A model generated the notes under the pieces. That model did no database searches and had not been told where the DNA came from. It saw nothing but the letters and a program-made list of their open reading frames with translations. A DNA stretch of 64,000 nucleotides from an uncultured Rhodobacteraceae bacterium (lineage in GTDB: Bacteria > Pseudomonadota > Alphaproteobacteria > Rhodobacterales > Rhodobacteraceae). How positions within the stretch are numbered: the first letter of the stretch is position 1; each line of letters starts with the position of its first letter. Of the stretch, positions 54,421 to 64,000 are shown piece after piece. The stretch is taken from the NCBI GenBank assembly GCA_947501555.1, contig CANMWG010000002.1, forward strand, positions 8,224 through 72,223. The letters run 5' to 3'. The translations under genes and the position numbers were made by a program.

Positions 54421-55581
54421 CTATTTTGCGTCAAAGGGCGAGGCTTTGACTTGAGTGGGTTCAAACAATTTCGCAATGCGTTTGCGATCACTCGTCTTTG
54501 CGATGAACAGAAAATGCGTGTCCGAAGGGTTGTCCACAAACCACAAATCCAAGCCTGCAGCCTGCAATGAGTTTGCAAAGACCTGAAATACTCCGGGCGT
54601 TCCAACGGACCCGTTTGCTGGGAACTCTGCCAGATCGGGAAGCACAACTTCGCCATCTTGCCCGCCCAGCGCCGTCTTGATTTGCGCCGTGAGGTCACCA
54701 ATGTCGGCCTTCCAATCCAGCGTGAACCAGAAGACCGTCCGCCAGTCGTCGTTGAACATCTGCGCAATGCTCTGTGCAACGCCTTCGGGATCGTCATCGC
54801 CTGTGAAGATCGCCTTGATGTTGGTTTTGACCGCTTCCGGATCCGCGTTGTAAACCGCCATATCAGCCAGTTTGACATAGCTGTTGCGCGCCTTGGTCGG
54901 ATTGTACTGGCTGCGGATCAAAAGCGCGACGGGATCGCCACCGCCCAAATTGGGGCCCGGCGACAAGGGCGCAGGCGCATGGATTTTCTGCTTCTTCATC
55001 AGCTTTACCGCATCCGCGTCGTTGACTGTCTCGGCCGGCCGGAACCGCCGCCCTGATATCAAAAACCGCGCCTCGGACATCACGCAATTCCGCCATGCAT
55101 CCGCCGTTGCTTTGGTCAGATCACCGGTTTGGTCGGCTGTCGGTTCAAAGATGAAACGTGCGCCACACAGTGCCCCGCAATCGCTCAGCCCGCCCATGAC
55201 CACAATCCTGGAACCATCAACCCAAAAAGCGGCCTCGGCCAGTTGATCATCCCGGAAATCGCCCAAGCGGGTCTCCCCGACCCGGTAATGCCCCAGACAC
55301 AGTGCTTGGCTGTTATGCGCCGTGATCGAAAACGCATAGCCAGTTTTGCCATCAGCTGCGACACAAAGCGCGGGGGGCCCTGTGTCATCCCCATAAAGCG
55401 CAAAACCATCCTCCATTTGCCCATAGTGATAGGCCGGGATCTGTTCCGCCTTTACCGTCAGATGCGGGAACGCAAGCGCAAGTGCGCGGTCCGAGCACGG
55501 CAGCCATTGCAACGTATAGCCCGCAATTTCGTTGTAATTCAGTGACAAATCACCGGCGGTCTTGGCTGAAAACGGCCACAT
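54421..55581 (-). CDS. Hypothetical two-domain cytoplasmic protein (386 aa)
   Basis: No signal peptide or TM helix. The C-terminal roughly 110 aa (DWKADIGDLTAQIKTALGG...GLDLWFVDNPSDTHFLFIAK) tentatively resembles DUF6630-type domains. Tightly packed between xthA (28 nt) and the dehydrogenase (11 nt). Confidence 0.6.
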   Translation of the reverse strand: MWPFSAKTAGDLSLNYNEIAGYTLQWLPCSDRALALAFPHLTVKAEQIPAYHYGQMEDGFALYGDDTGPPALCVAADGKTGYAFSITAHNSQALCLGHYRVGETRLGDFRDDQLAEAAFWVDGSRIVVMGGLSDCGALCGARFIFEPTADQTGDLTKATADAWRNCVMSEARFLISGRRFRPAETVNDADAVKLMKKQKIHAPAPLSPGPNLGGGDPVALLIRSQYNPTKARNSYVKLADMAVYNADPEAVKTNIKAIFTGDDDPEGVAQSIAQMFNDDWRTVFWFTLDWKADIGDLTAQIKTALGGQDGEVVLPDLAEFPANGSVGTPGVFQVFANSLQAAGLDLWFVDNPSDTHFLFIAKTSDRKRIAKLFEPTQVKASPFDAK

Positions 55582-55609
55582 GTGTCATCCCCCCTGACCT
55601 CAGTTCAAT

Positions 55610-56398
55610 CTATAGATCGAAGGTCGCAAAAACAGGTGCATGGTCACTGGGCTTTTCCCAACCGCGTGCATCGCGCAGAACCCGTGATCCGTGTGCCGCG
55701 TTTTTGATGTCGGGGGTGGCCCAGATATGATCAAGCCTGCGTCCTTTATCCGCTGCGTCCCAATCCTTGGCCCGGTACGACCACCAGCTATAAAGTCGGC
55801 CTTCGGGGATATCATTCCGGGTCACATCAGACCACGCGCCTGCTTCCATCACCTCGGCGAAATGCTCACATTCAATCGGCGTATGGCTGACAACTTTGAG
55901 CAGTTTCTTATGATCCCAAACGTCATCTTCGCGGGGGGCTATGTTCAGGTCACCCACAAGGATGGATTTTTCGGGCTTGGCCGCATGGTAGGCATCGCGC
56001 ATGTCAGTCAGATAATCCAGCTTTTGGCCAAATTTCTCATTTACCTCGCGGTCAGCCACATCGCCGCCCGCAGGCACATAATGGTTGTGGATCGTCACCC
56101 CGTTTTCGAGCTTGCCCGCAATATGGCGTGCATGGCCGAGGGCAGCATAATCTTCCGCCCCGGCCTCAACCATCGGAATTTTTGAGAAAATCGCGACGCC
56201 GTTGTACCCCTTTTGCCCGCGCGCAACCATGTGGGTGTAGCCCAGCGCCTTGAACTGTTCGAGCGGGATTTTATCAACCGGGCTTTTGCATTCTTGCAGG
56301 CAGAGCACGTCTGGGGCTTCTTCCTGCATCAGTTTGGCCACGATATCCTCGCGCAAACGGACCGAGTTGATGTTCCAGGTGGCAAGGGTAAAGGGCAT
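55610..56398 (-). CDS. xthA: Exodeoxyribonuclease III
   Basis: 262 aa. WNINSVR, LCLQE, GDLNIAPRE and SDHAPV motifs. Confidence 0.95.
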   Translation of the reverse strand: MPFTLATWNINSVRLREDIVAKLMQEEAPDVLCLQECKSPVDKIPLEQFKALGYTHMVARGQKGYNGVAIFSKIPMVEAGAEDYAALGHARHIAGKLENGVTIHNHYVPAGGDVADREVNEKFGQKLDYLTDMRDAYHAAKPEKSILVGDLNIAPREDDVWDHKKLLKVVSHTPIECEHFAEVMEAGAWSDVTRNDIPEGRLYSWWSYRAKDWDAADKGRRLDHIWATPDIKNAAHGSRVLRDARGWEKPSDHAPVFATFDL

Positions 56399-56790
56399 GG
56401 GGCTGACTTTCTCTGAGGCGTTCGCCGCATGTGTGCCCTTTCAGCCCCCCATGATCAACCGCGAAGCCCGCGCGCCCTTTGGGCGGGACGGTTTGCGCCT
56501 GTCACGCAATAAGGCGGGTGTCTGAATTTTGCCTTTCTCTGCGTCATGCAATGTAGGCTCGAAGGTCACGCAGGCCTGACCAAAACCCGGACATTCATCA
56601 AGGTTTGCGCACAGAAGGCCGCCCTGAACAATGTATCGACTCGCTGCAGAGTCGCGGATTTCACCCCCAACGTCTAAGAGCCGTGATCGTCCCGAATAAG
56701 CTCAAAAATGCAATGATCCGCCGCGATCTAGCTTTAGGTCAAAGACCGATGCATAGTAAGTTCGACCCGAAAAATTCAAGGAACCCTCCG

Positions 56791-57513
56791 ATGTTAATTT
56801 ACGAAAACAAACTATGTCTCCTTGCATTTTTGGTTTTTTGTTTAGGCGGAAATACAAATGCAGGCGAGCTCGCTTGTAGTGACCCAGCTAATGAATCAGA
56901 GGAAGCGATATGCAAAGACCCCATGTTGGCCGACCTTGCTTTGTTGGCTGCAGAACTGGGCGATGCCATCGGTCTGGACATTAGGTATAGTGATATTGAT
57001 CCGCCAAGTGATATCTACCCGCGCTTCGATCGGCTAGTCAGAACACTTAGGGTCGCCGATATGGATAAGCTTGTAGCTGGACGAAATCTCTGGACTTTTG
57101 ATTTCGACGATGCGAATGAAATTCTGTTCATGAGCCTTGAAGCCAGTCCCCTACAGGACATGATGATCGTCTTTGAAACAGATGGTAAAGTCGCATATGT
57201 CGCTTCTGAAGACGCAGAAGACGCTGGCCGTTACCACTACCGATCAGTTGGCAATATTCTGGAAATCACATCTAGTTTCTTGCCTGCTAGATTCACGAAT
57301 AAATTCCGGCACCAAGACGGATGCTGGCGGCTTATCGGCGAAGACGGATCATGGAGAGACGAAGACCCTTATGCGAGCTCAATCAACTACCTCACAGGTC
57401 GCGCGATCTTTCAATACAAAGATGGATCAAGCACGACACGGACGTTCGACCCATTCGTGTCATGCCTTGGTGACAATTTCTATGCCTATGAAATTACGTA
57501 CCACGACGATTGA
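56791..57513 (+). CDS. Hypothetical secreted protein with an LprI/DUF1311-like N-terminal Cys motif
   Basis: Signal MLIYENKLCLLAFLVFCLGGNTNA, then C-x7-E-x2-IC-x-DP-x-LA-x-LA. Low GC, roughly 45% in sampled lines. The track start at 56605 is rejected. Confidence 0.55.
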   Translation: MLIYENKLCLLAFLVFCLGGNTNAGELACSDPANESEEAICKDPMLADLALLAAELGDAIGLDIRYSDIDPPSDIYPRFDRLVRTLRVADMDKLVAGRNLWTFDFDDANEILFMSLEASPLQDMMIVFETDGKVAYVASEDAEDAGRYHYRSVGNILEITSSFLPARFTNKFRHQDGCWRLIGEDGSWRDEDPYASSINYLTGRAIFQYKDGSSTTRTFDPFVSCLGDNFYAYEITYHDD

Positions 57514-57798
57514 CCTTACAATGTGCCCGATCATGAACGCAACAAGCGCTTGTATTTGATGGATCATGCTCGGTTGTTGGCCCTAACTCCATTCGAGGCA
57601 AAATACCTTTTGGGCGGGCATTGATGCAAACTACAGATTTCAACACAATGGGGTCCATTAAGGCCCATGCTGCACTCCAAATGAATGCCTACCGTGCTTC
57701 GTTTCCCGATTTTGAGTCTGATTGTGAGATAAAGACCAGATTTCTCTAACCTTTCACCCATACGACGTCCTTTTTAAAAGCGGTTTTCTGGCCTACGA

Positions 57799-58788
57799 TT
57801 AGACCAAAACTGCACTCGGTCTGATCTGCCCCGTCACCATATCCCGCCGGTTCTTCACCGGTGGCGTCATGCGTGCAATCGTGGCCGGATGGCCCGCATC
57901 GAGGACCCCAAGTTTGACCAAGATCGCCGCAATCGCTGCCTCGCTGGCCCTCGTGGCCCCATCTGTGATCTTCAGCGCCACCCCAAGCCGTTTTTCGGGG
58001 ATGATCGCGATGAAAACACCCTCAGCGCCGGTTTTGATGCTGACCCGGCCCGCCATCGCGCGCATCAGATCGGTGCAGGCGCGGGTTTCGCCTGCCACAA
58101 GGTCCGGGTGGCGCGCCATCGCTTGTGTCAGCTTGGCCGCGGCCTGGCTACGGGCATCGGACCGGTCGCCCGCGCTTGCAAAGAAGGCCATGCTGCGTGC
58201 CAAGCCATGTAGGCTGCAGGCGTGGTTGGGGGCCGAGCATCCATCGATCCCATACATCGGGCTGGATTCCTGCGTGACCTCCTCAAAGGCCGCTTTGCAG
58301 GCTTGCTGCACGGGGTGGTCGATCTGGTCGTATTCCGGCCCGGCGTTCAGATGTTGTGTCAGGGTCAAAAACCCTGCGTGTTTGCCCGAACAATTGTTAT
58401 GCACCTGGCAAGGTGATTGGTCGCTGCGGATCAATCCGTTGCGGGCGTCGCGGTCCGCAGGCATCTGCGGCCCGCAGCGAAAGGCGTCATCGGTCAGCCC
58501 CATCTCCTTGATCCATGCGCCGACCCGGTCGGTGTGGATCGCGGCCCCATTGTGGGATGCACAGACCAGGGCCAGCTGTTCGTCAGTCAGGTGTGCCCCT
58601 GCTCCGCTTTCCAAAAGCGGCAGCGCCTGCACCATTTTGCACGAGGATCGCGGATAGATGATCGCCTCTGGATCGCCCCAAGCCTGCACGATCTGCCCGC
58701 TGTCATCACAGACAACGGCATGCCCCTGATGCACGCATTCAAGCAGATCGCCACGCCAAACTTCGACGAGATCAATGGGGTTTGCCAT
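57799..58788 (-). CDS. Asparaginase family protein (Asparaginase_II / PF06089-like)
   Basis: 329 aa. VWRGDLLECVHQGHAVV, YPRSSCKMVQALPLLESG and NCSGKHAGFL motifs. Confidence 0.85.
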   Translation of the reverse strand: MANPIDLVEVWRGDLLECVHQGHAVVCDDSGQIVQAWGDPEAIIYPRSSCKMVQALPLLESGAGAHLTDEQLALVCASHNGAAIHTDRVGAWIKEMGLTDDAFRCGPQMPADRDARNGLIRSDQSPCQVHNNCSGKHAGFLTLTQHLNAGPEYDQIDHPVQQACKAAFEEVTQESSPMYGIDGCSAPNHACSLHGLARSMAFFASAGDRSDARSQAAAKLTQAMARHPDLVAGETRACTDLMRAMAGRVSIKTGAEGVFIAIIPEKRLGVALKITDGATRASEAAIAAILVKLGVLDAGHPATIARMTPPVKNRRDMVTGQIRPSAVLV

Positions 58789-58984
58789 GTTTTTGCCTTT
58801 TTGGATTGTATATGTCGTTACTGTAGTCTGGGCCGCGATGAACAGGGCTTTCCCCTGCGGGCGGTTTCTTGCTATGCTATACGCTATCGAGTTGAAACAA
58901 ATCTCGCCAGCCGAAATGGTGCCGCCAGATGCGCCAAAGGTTCAGTGGGACATCCAGAGGCAAGGACAGCTTGGAGGCTGTGAC

Positions 58985-59515
58985 ATGATCATAAATATTT
59001 CGAAGACGGTTGGTGTCTTGGCAGCGGCTTTGTGGGCTGGTGCTGTGATAGCGCAAGAAGAAAGCGATAACCGCGTGGCGGCCAATACGGATTGGGCCGT
59101 CTACGTGGAAAGTGACCCAACCGAGTGCTGGGCCGTCTCCGCCCCCGTCGAAACCCTAAACAGTCGCGATGGCAATCCTGTGACCGTCCGCCGGGGCGAG
59201 ATCCAGTTGATCGTCTTCTATCGCCCGTCCGAAAGCGTTACCGGTCAGGTGATGTTTGCCGGAGGCTATCCTTTTGCAAGCGGCTCAACCGTTGAATTGA
59301 AGGTTGGCGACGCCACATTCCAGATGTTCACAGAAGGCGAATTTGCCTGGCCCGCCACCCCTGAGGATGACGCCAAATTCGTGGCAGCTATGAAGCGCGG
59401 ATCGAATGCCATTGTCACCGGCCGTTCGGGCCGGGGCACCGTCACGCAGGACACGTTCAGCCTGCTTGGCTTTACAGCAGCGGTCGAAGAATCTGCATCT
59501 CGCTGTTCCAGCTAG
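58985..59515 (+). CDS. Invasion-associated locus B (IalB) family protein
   Basis: Signal MIINISKTVGVLAAALWAGAVIAQ. DWAVYVESDPTECWAVSAP... is the typical IalB pattern. The upstream 70 codons of the track ORF are rejected. Confidence 0.75.
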   Translation: MIINISKTVGVLAAALWAGAVIAQEESDNRVAANTDWAVYVESDPTECWAVSAPVETLNSRDGNPVTVRRGEIQLIVFYRPSESVTGQVMFAGGYPFASGSTVELKVGDATFQMFTEGEFAWPATPEDDAKFVAAMKRGSNAIVTGRSGRGTVTQDTFSLLGFTAAVEESASRCSS

Positions 59516-59545
59516 GCTTTGGCGCACCGTTAAACGATTAGAGTT

Positions 59546-59576
59546 GGGTCGGTTTCTTGTGGAAACCGGCCCTTTC
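59546..59576 (+). terminator. Rho-independent terminator candidate
   Basis: 11-bp stem GGGTCGGTTTC/GAAACCGGCCC with one G-U pair, a 5-nt loop, followed by TTTCTCCT. It lies 30 nt after the IalB stop. Confidence 0.55.
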
Positions 59577-59617
59577 TCCTATACGCGAGGCTTAACCCCT
59601 ATCAAAGGTTTACCCCG

Positions 59618-60793
59618 ATGACCGCAAATGCCCCCATTACGCAGGATGTGAAGACCTTTCCGCGCAAACTGCCCGACGGGCCGCCCAACCTGATCGGCAT
59701 GACCCGCGAGGCCATGCGCGAGGCCTTGATCGGCGCAGGAACCCCTGAGAAACAAGCCAAGATGCGGGTCGGACAGATTTGGCAGTGGATCTATCACTGG
59801 GGCGTGCGTGACTTTGCCGCGATGACGAACCTGTCCAAAGATTACCGCGCCATGCTGGCAGATACCTTTGTGCTGGAGGTCCCCGAAGTTGTGACCCGCC
59901 AAGTGTCAGACGATGGCACCCGTAAATACCTTGTCCGCATCGCAGGCGGTCATGAGGTTGAGGTGGTCTATATCCCCGAGACAGATCGTGGCACCTTATG
60001 TATCTCCAGCCAGGTTGGCTGCACACTGACCTGCTCGTTCTGCCATACGGGCACGCAAAAACTGGTCCGCAATCTGACAGCGGGTGAAATCATCGGTCAG
60101 GTTCTGATCGCCCGGGATGATCTGGGTGAATGGCCCGAACAGGGCACCCGTCCCGAAGGCCCGCGCTTGTTGTCGAATATCGTGCTGATGGGCATGGGCG
60201 AGCCACTGTATAATTTTGAGAATGTCCGGGATGCGATGAAGATTGCGATGGATTCGGATGGCATCCAGCTATCGCGGCGCCGGATAACGCTATCCACTTC
60301 GGGTGTCGTCCCCGAGATCGCCCGCACCGCCCAGGAAATTGGCTGTCAGTTGGCCGTGTCTTTTCACGCGACAACCGATGATGTGCGTGATCAATTGGTC
60401 CCGATCAACAAGCGCTGGAATATCGCTGAGCTTTTGGACGCGCTGCGGGTTTATCCCAAAGTCTCGAACTCCGAACGGATCACGTTTGAATATGTGATGC
60501 TGGACGGGGTGAATGACAGCGACGAGGACGCGCATCGGCTTATGAAGCTGATCGAAGGTATCCCGGCCAAAATCAACTTGATCCCCTTCAATGAATGGCC
60601 AGGCGCTCCATACAAACGGTCATCGAACAATCGCATCCGCGCCTTTGCGGATATCGTCCACAATGCGGGATACTCCTCACCGGTGCGCAAACCACGTGGC
60701 GAAGATATCATGGCGGCCTGCGGTCAGTTGAAGTCAGCGACGGAACGGGCGCGCAAATCCCGCGCGCAGATCGCGCAAGAAGCCGGGCTTTAA
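59618..60793 (+). CDS. rlmN: 23S rRNA (adenine2503-C2)-methyltransferase RlmN (radical SAM)
   Basis: 391 aa. CxxxCxxC cluster [11 protein letters not shown], and GMGEPLYN. Confidence 0.95.
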   Translation: MTANAPITQDVKTFPRKLPDGPPNLIGMTREAMREALIGAGTPEKQAKMRVGQIWQWIYHWGVRDFAAMTNLSKDYRAMLADTFVLEVPEVVTRQVSDDGTRKYLVRIAGGHEVEVVYIPETDRGTLCISSQVGCTLTCSFCHTGTQKLVRNLTAGEIIGQVLIARDDLGEWPEQGTRPEGPRLLSNIVLMGMGEPLYNFENVRDAMKIAMDSDGIQLSRRRITLSTSGVVPEIARTAQEIGCQLAVSFHATTDDVRDQLVPINKRWNIAELLDALRVYPKVSNSERITFEYVMLDGVNDSDEDAHRLMKLIEGIPAKINLIPFNEWPGAPYKRSSNNRIRAFADIVHNAGYSSPVRKPRGEDIMAACGQLKSATERARKSRAQIAQEAGL

Positions 60794-60827
60794 CGCGGCT
60801 TTAACCATGATGGAACAGGGTTGTGGG

Positions 60828-61250
60828 ATGGAAAAAGTCTCGCTCCGCCTTGCCCCTGAAATGATCGCCGCTCTGGAACAGATTGCGCGCCAAGAAGATA
60901 TGACCTTGGGCGGTCTGGTGCGTGATGCGGTGAAACGGGATTTATATCGGCGCAATCGCGCGAAGACAGCTCGCAGAGCGGATGAGCGGCTCGTCGCGCC
61001 CTTACGGGCGCTTCTCGCGAATGACCTGGCCTATTCAACGGGTTGGTCCGACTTACAGGATAGATTGGCTCATAAAGGGTATCGCTTCCACGAAGCTGGT
61101 GGCGGCTTGGCTCTGCACGATCTCACAGGCAAGCGTATCTGCAAAGGCTCTGACCTGGGTTACAGCTATTCAAAACTCATGCGCCGCTTCGGTGCCCCGT
61201 TCCCGGGGCACACCCATCATTATCTATTTCGCAAGTCCTTAGTCGATTAG
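60828..61250 (+). CDS. Ribbon-helix-helix (CopG-like) domain protein, function unknown
   Basis: MEKVSLRLAPEMIAALEQIARQEDMTLGGLVRDAVKRDL is an RHH-like N-terminus, followed by about 100 aa of unknown C-terminal region. An alternative ATG lies at 60807. Confidence 0.55.
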   Translation: MEKVSLRLAPEMIAALEQIARQEDMTLGGLVRDAVKRDLYRRNRAKTARRADERLVAPLRALLANDLAYSTGWSDLQDRLAHKGYRFHEAGGGLALHDLTGKRICKGSDLGYSYSKLMRRFGAPFPGHTHHYLFRKSLVD

Positions 61251-62365
61251 ACGAGCAAAGCCCGCGCCTCATCTGGTGACAAGGCCGCCGGACGATCACA
61301 GGTTGTGCTCAGCTCAACAAAGCACCGCTCTTCACCCGCCCTCAGGATACTGGTCATTACATCAACCGCATGCACAGCCAGATCGATATTGCACCGATGC
61401 GCCCGGCCCGCGTCAATGGCCGCCGCCATATCCGCAAGGCCTGCACAACGGTAGTTCGCACGCGCGTCCTGATTTGCAATCCCAAACGGATGATCCCATG
61501 AAGGCATGACTTCGATGTTATTGTCTTGCCCCGCGATTTCCACCGGACCGCCAAAGAAATTCGGATCGGGCAAGAACAGTGACCCGTCGGTACCATAAAG
61601 CTCCATATGCCCATGACGGTTTGCCCACACATCCCAGCTGGCCCCCAGTGTAACGGTGGCACCATTCGCAAACTCCAACAACGCATGGATGTTTGTAGGG
61701 GTATTCACAGAGACCTTTTCCCCCGTACGGTCACCGTTTCCGATCATACGCTCACTGAAGCTTGTGGTTGCCAAGGCTGCGACCGATTTCACTGGGCCAA
61801 TCAATTGGATCAGGTTCGTGATGTAATAAGGGCCCATGTCCAGAACAGGGCCCCCACCGGGCTGAAAGAAAAAATCTGGGTTGGGATGCCAGGCCTCCAT
61901 GCCATGACCCATGACATGGCATGTCCCGCCAATGATCTGACCCACATCCCCCGCATCAACCGCGGCACGGCCCTGTTGGTGCGCGCCACCAAGGAATGTA
62001 TCGGGGGCTGAACCAATCCGCAGGTTTTGCGACGCAGCCAGTTCGCGCAGCGTCTCGCCCTCGGCCAAAGTCAGCACCAGAGGTTTCTCAGAATAGGCAT
62101 GTTTGCCCGCCTCCAAGATGCGTTTGGTCACTTCAAAATGCGCAGCCGGGATTGTCAGATTAACCACGACATCAACGTCAGCCGCGCTCAGCAAGTCTTC
62201 GATTGTGTCAGCGCGTATATCGTATTCAGCCGCCCGCGCGCGGGCGGCATCCATATTGATATCTGCAACCGCCACCGGCTTGAGCGCCTTAAACAGCGGT
62301 GCAAGCCCCAGATAAGAGGTCGAGATATTACCACATCCGATGATGCCAATGCCAAGTTGTGCCAT
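61247..62365 (-). CDS. Gfo/Idh/MocA family oxidoreductase
   Basis: 372 aa. N-terminal Rossmann LGIGIIGCGNIS and EKPL motif. Confidence 0.88.
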   Translation of the reverse strand: MAQLGIGIIGCGNISTSYLGLAPLFKALKPVAVADINMDAARARAAEYDIRADTIEDLLSAADVDVVVNLTIPAAHFEVTKRILEAGKHAYSEKPLVLTLAEGETLRELAASQNLRIGSAPDTFLGGAHQQGRAAVDAGDVGQIIGGTCHVMGHGMEAWHPNPDFFFQPGGGPVLDMGPYYITNLIQLIGPVKSVAALATTSFSERMIGNGDRTGEKVSVNTPTNIHALLEFANGATVTLGASWDVWANRHGHMELYGTDGSLFLPDPNFFGGPVEIAGQDNNIEVMPSWDHPFGIANQDARANYRCAGLADMAAAIDAGRAHRCNIDLAVHAVDVMTSILRAGEERCFVELSTTCDRPAALSPDEARALLV

Positions 62366-62376
62366 GATTTTGTTCC

Positions 62377-63123
62377 TTAAAATTCTTGTGCGGACGCAAG
62401 GCTGCGCGTGGCAAAACGTGTGTCGTCCTTGGGATTGTCATGTTCCAGCACGTAGTGATCGACGCCAGCGGCTTGCAATGCGGCGTGAATGGCGGCCCAA
62501 TCCATGATCCCGTGGCCCACATCCGCCCAACCGTCTTCGTCCACGCAGTCACCGTCCTTGGCGATATCCTTGACATGCACCGCACTTAACCGGCCCGCGT
62601 ATTTGTTGATCCAGGCCACCGGATCGTGCCCTGCAACGCGGACCCAACCCAGATCAAGCTCGAACGTCAGATCGTCAGAGGCCTGTGCAATCAGGTCCAG
62701 CGGCATTTCCCCTGTTTCGGTGGCGTCAAATTCGAAAGCATGATTGTGCCAACCAAATACGAGGCCCGCATCCTGCAACGGTTTTCCTGCCTCAGCTAGT
62801 TGCTTGCCAAAGGCCAACCATCCGGCCGTATCGATAGGTCGATCATCCGGCCCAATGAAGGGGACCAATACCTTGTTCATCCCCAATTGCTTCGCAATCG
62901 CGATGGCCTTTGCAGGGTCGCCGACCACCATATCAAGTCCCATATGACTACTGGTCATCTGCAATCCATTGGCCTCCAATCCGGCCTGTAAGCCATCCAG
63001 ATCGTCGAACAATCCCCCATAGCCTTCAACCTCAGAAAACCCAGCGCTACCAAGCATTTGCAAGGTCTTTTCGAGCGGCGGAAAGTTCCGTGAGCAATAG
63101 AGTTGGTATGAGATACGGGCCAT
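62377..63123 (-). CDS. Sugar phosphate isomerase/epimerase (xylose isomerase-like TIM barrel)
   Basis: 248 aa. AP_endonuc_2-like pattern (GFSEVEGY..., WHNHAFEF, HVKD). Confidence 0.8.
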   Translation of the reverse strand: MARISYQLYCSRNFPPLEKTLQMLGSAGFSEVEGYGGLFDDLDGLQAGLEANGLQMTSSHMGLDMVVGDPAKAIAIAKQLGMNKVLVPFIGPDDRPIDTAGWLAFGKQLAEAGKPLQDAGLVFGWHNHAFEFDATETGEMPLDLIAQASDDLTFELDLGWVRVAGHDPVAWINKYAGRLSAVHVKDIAKDGDCVDEDGWADVGHGIMDWAAIHAALQAAGVDHYVLEHDNPKDDTRFATRSLASAQEF

Positions 63124-63135
63124 GGTGTCTGTCCT

Positions 63136-64000
63136 TCAGGTGTGAGTAGCGCTGTGCAGATCGCGCAACGTGAAATTGGGAGTGGCGGAGGGGTCCGCGG
63201 GGGTGAACTGCAACGTCCGGCTTTCGCCTGTCAGCAGGGTAAAGGCGTTATCATCAAAGCGGCCCGGAACATCCGCCTCAACCGCGACAAACAACGCAAG
63301 CGACGCCGCCGTCACGGTAACTTGGTTGCCAGACACGCTGCAGGACAGGCCTGGCGCGCGCAGGTCATAGCCCTTGTACGGCCGGGTCGCGAAAGTGTCG
63401 CTACCGCTTTGCCCGGTGCTGTCAGTCCAATGAAAATGGAGCATTTCGTCCCGCGCTAATGCCGTTTCAGGGGTTTTCATCAAATCCACGGCTTCATCGC
63501 TCACCGTCGCTGTCACAGTGCCAAGGTCACGCAGGCTGCCGTCCATCTTGATCGCACAGAGTGTCACATGGAGTTCAACTGGTGTGGGTTCGTCATTGAT
63601 TGCACGCAAAATGATCTGCCCATCTTTTGGAACAGCGGTTACGAGAAGCGGTGCAAAAAATGCGCGCGCCATGTGATGCGCCAACTTCCAATCGCCGCCA
63701 TGATCAAGCGAGGACCAGCTGCAAACGGGCCAGGTATCATTGAGTTGCCAGATCACCGTGCCCATGCAACGGGGCTTGAGGCTGCGCCAATGTGTGACCG
63801 CCGTCTTGATGGCAAGCCCTTGTTGTATTTGGGAAAGATACACAAAATTCTGGAATTTTGTGGGCCACTGAAAGTAGCGAAACATGGTTTCGGCGATACG
63901 GGCGTTGCCGCCGGCGTTCTTTTGGTGGCTCTCCAGAACAGGGGCCGCAATGTTGTGATCTGCAGGGTCCACAAATCGCTTGATCGCCTGCATTGATGGG
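63136..64000 (-). CDS. Glycoside hydrolase family 2 protein, beta-mannosidase-like; C-terminal part only, gene continues beyond the right edge
   Basis: GTVIWQLNDTWPVCSWSSLDHGGDWKLAHHMARAFFAP is typical of GH2 beta-mannosidases. The reading frame is open to the window end. Confidence 0.7.
   Translation of the reverse strand, partial: PSMQAIKRFVDPADHNIAAPVLESHQKNAGGNARIAETMFRYFQWPTKFQNFVYLSQIQQGLAIKTAVTHWRSLKPRCMGTVIWQLNDTWPVCSWSSLDHGGDWKLAHHMARAFFAPLLVTAVPKDGQIILRAINDEPTPVELHVTLCAIKMDGSLRDLGTVTATVSDEAVDLMKTPETALARDEMLHFHWTDSTGQSGSDTFATRPYKGYDLRAPGLSCSVSGNQVTVTAASLALFVAVEADVPGRFDDNAFTLLTGESRTLQFTPADPSATPNFTLRDLHSATHT

Noticed and set aside
56637-56654. The hairpin CGACTC-GCTGCA-GAGTCG followed by CGGATTTCACCC, considered as a tRNA fragment or att site for the adjacent low-GC islet.
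   Set aside because: There is no T-loop consensus (GGTTCGAATCC-like), no acceptor stem, and no matching direct repeat on the other side of the islet.
1-64000. A search of the whole window for rRNA, tRNA, CRISPR arrays, transposases, integrases, phage genes and known defence-system genes.
   Set aside because: None could be recognised by eye on either strand. A tRNAscan, Infernal, ISfinder and DefenseFinder run would be needed to exclude them formally.

Overview
The window looks like a chromosomal segment of an alphaproteobacterium, probably Rhodobacterales/roseobacter-like. That inference rests on about 58-60% GC judged by eye, aerobic-type cobN/cobO/cobW, a fused Pha-type mrpAB, an HWE histidine kinase and a glycine-betaine demethylation cluster. 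It is densely coding, with about 60 genes. I found no rRNA, tRNA, CRISPR array, transposase, integrase or phage gene.

Main blocks, left to right:
- ABC transporter fragment with a GntR regulator, a lytic transglycosylase, and smc.
- A cobalamin locus: B12 riboswitch, solitary CbiM-like transporter, cobW, GNAT, an antisense micro-ORF, cobN, cobO, a YrbL-like gene, two Lin0512-family genes and bluB.
- A TPP enzyme and an FMN reductase.
- A lower-GC patch of uncharacterised membrane proteins.
- A six-gene mrp/pha cation/proton antiporter operon, bracketed by two paralogous unknown polytopic membrane proteins.
- ggt, a thiolase, and a secreted unknown protein.
- A glycine betaine to glycine demethylation cluster: homocysteine methyltransferase-like gene, two DMGDH/SARDH-family genes and two regulators.
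- An HWE kinase with a response regulator.
- The conserved rsfS-rlmH-gpmI-envC-ctpA block.
- A DUF2975/HTH pair.
- Two tandem periplasmic PilJ/NarX-type sensor-domain-only paralogs with a sharp gene-conversion mosaic.
- An xthA-unknown-oxidoreductase operon, a small low-GC islet, an asparaginase, IalB, rlmN, and a sugar-utilisation fragment.

No recognisable defence or mobile system is present. The most interesting leads are function-unknown genes in informative contexts:
- the translationally coupled Lin0512 pair fused to bluB;
- the paralogous membrane proteins flanking mrp;
- the mosaic tandem sensor-domain paralogs.

All family calls come from motif recognition by eye and need HMM or BLAST confirmation.
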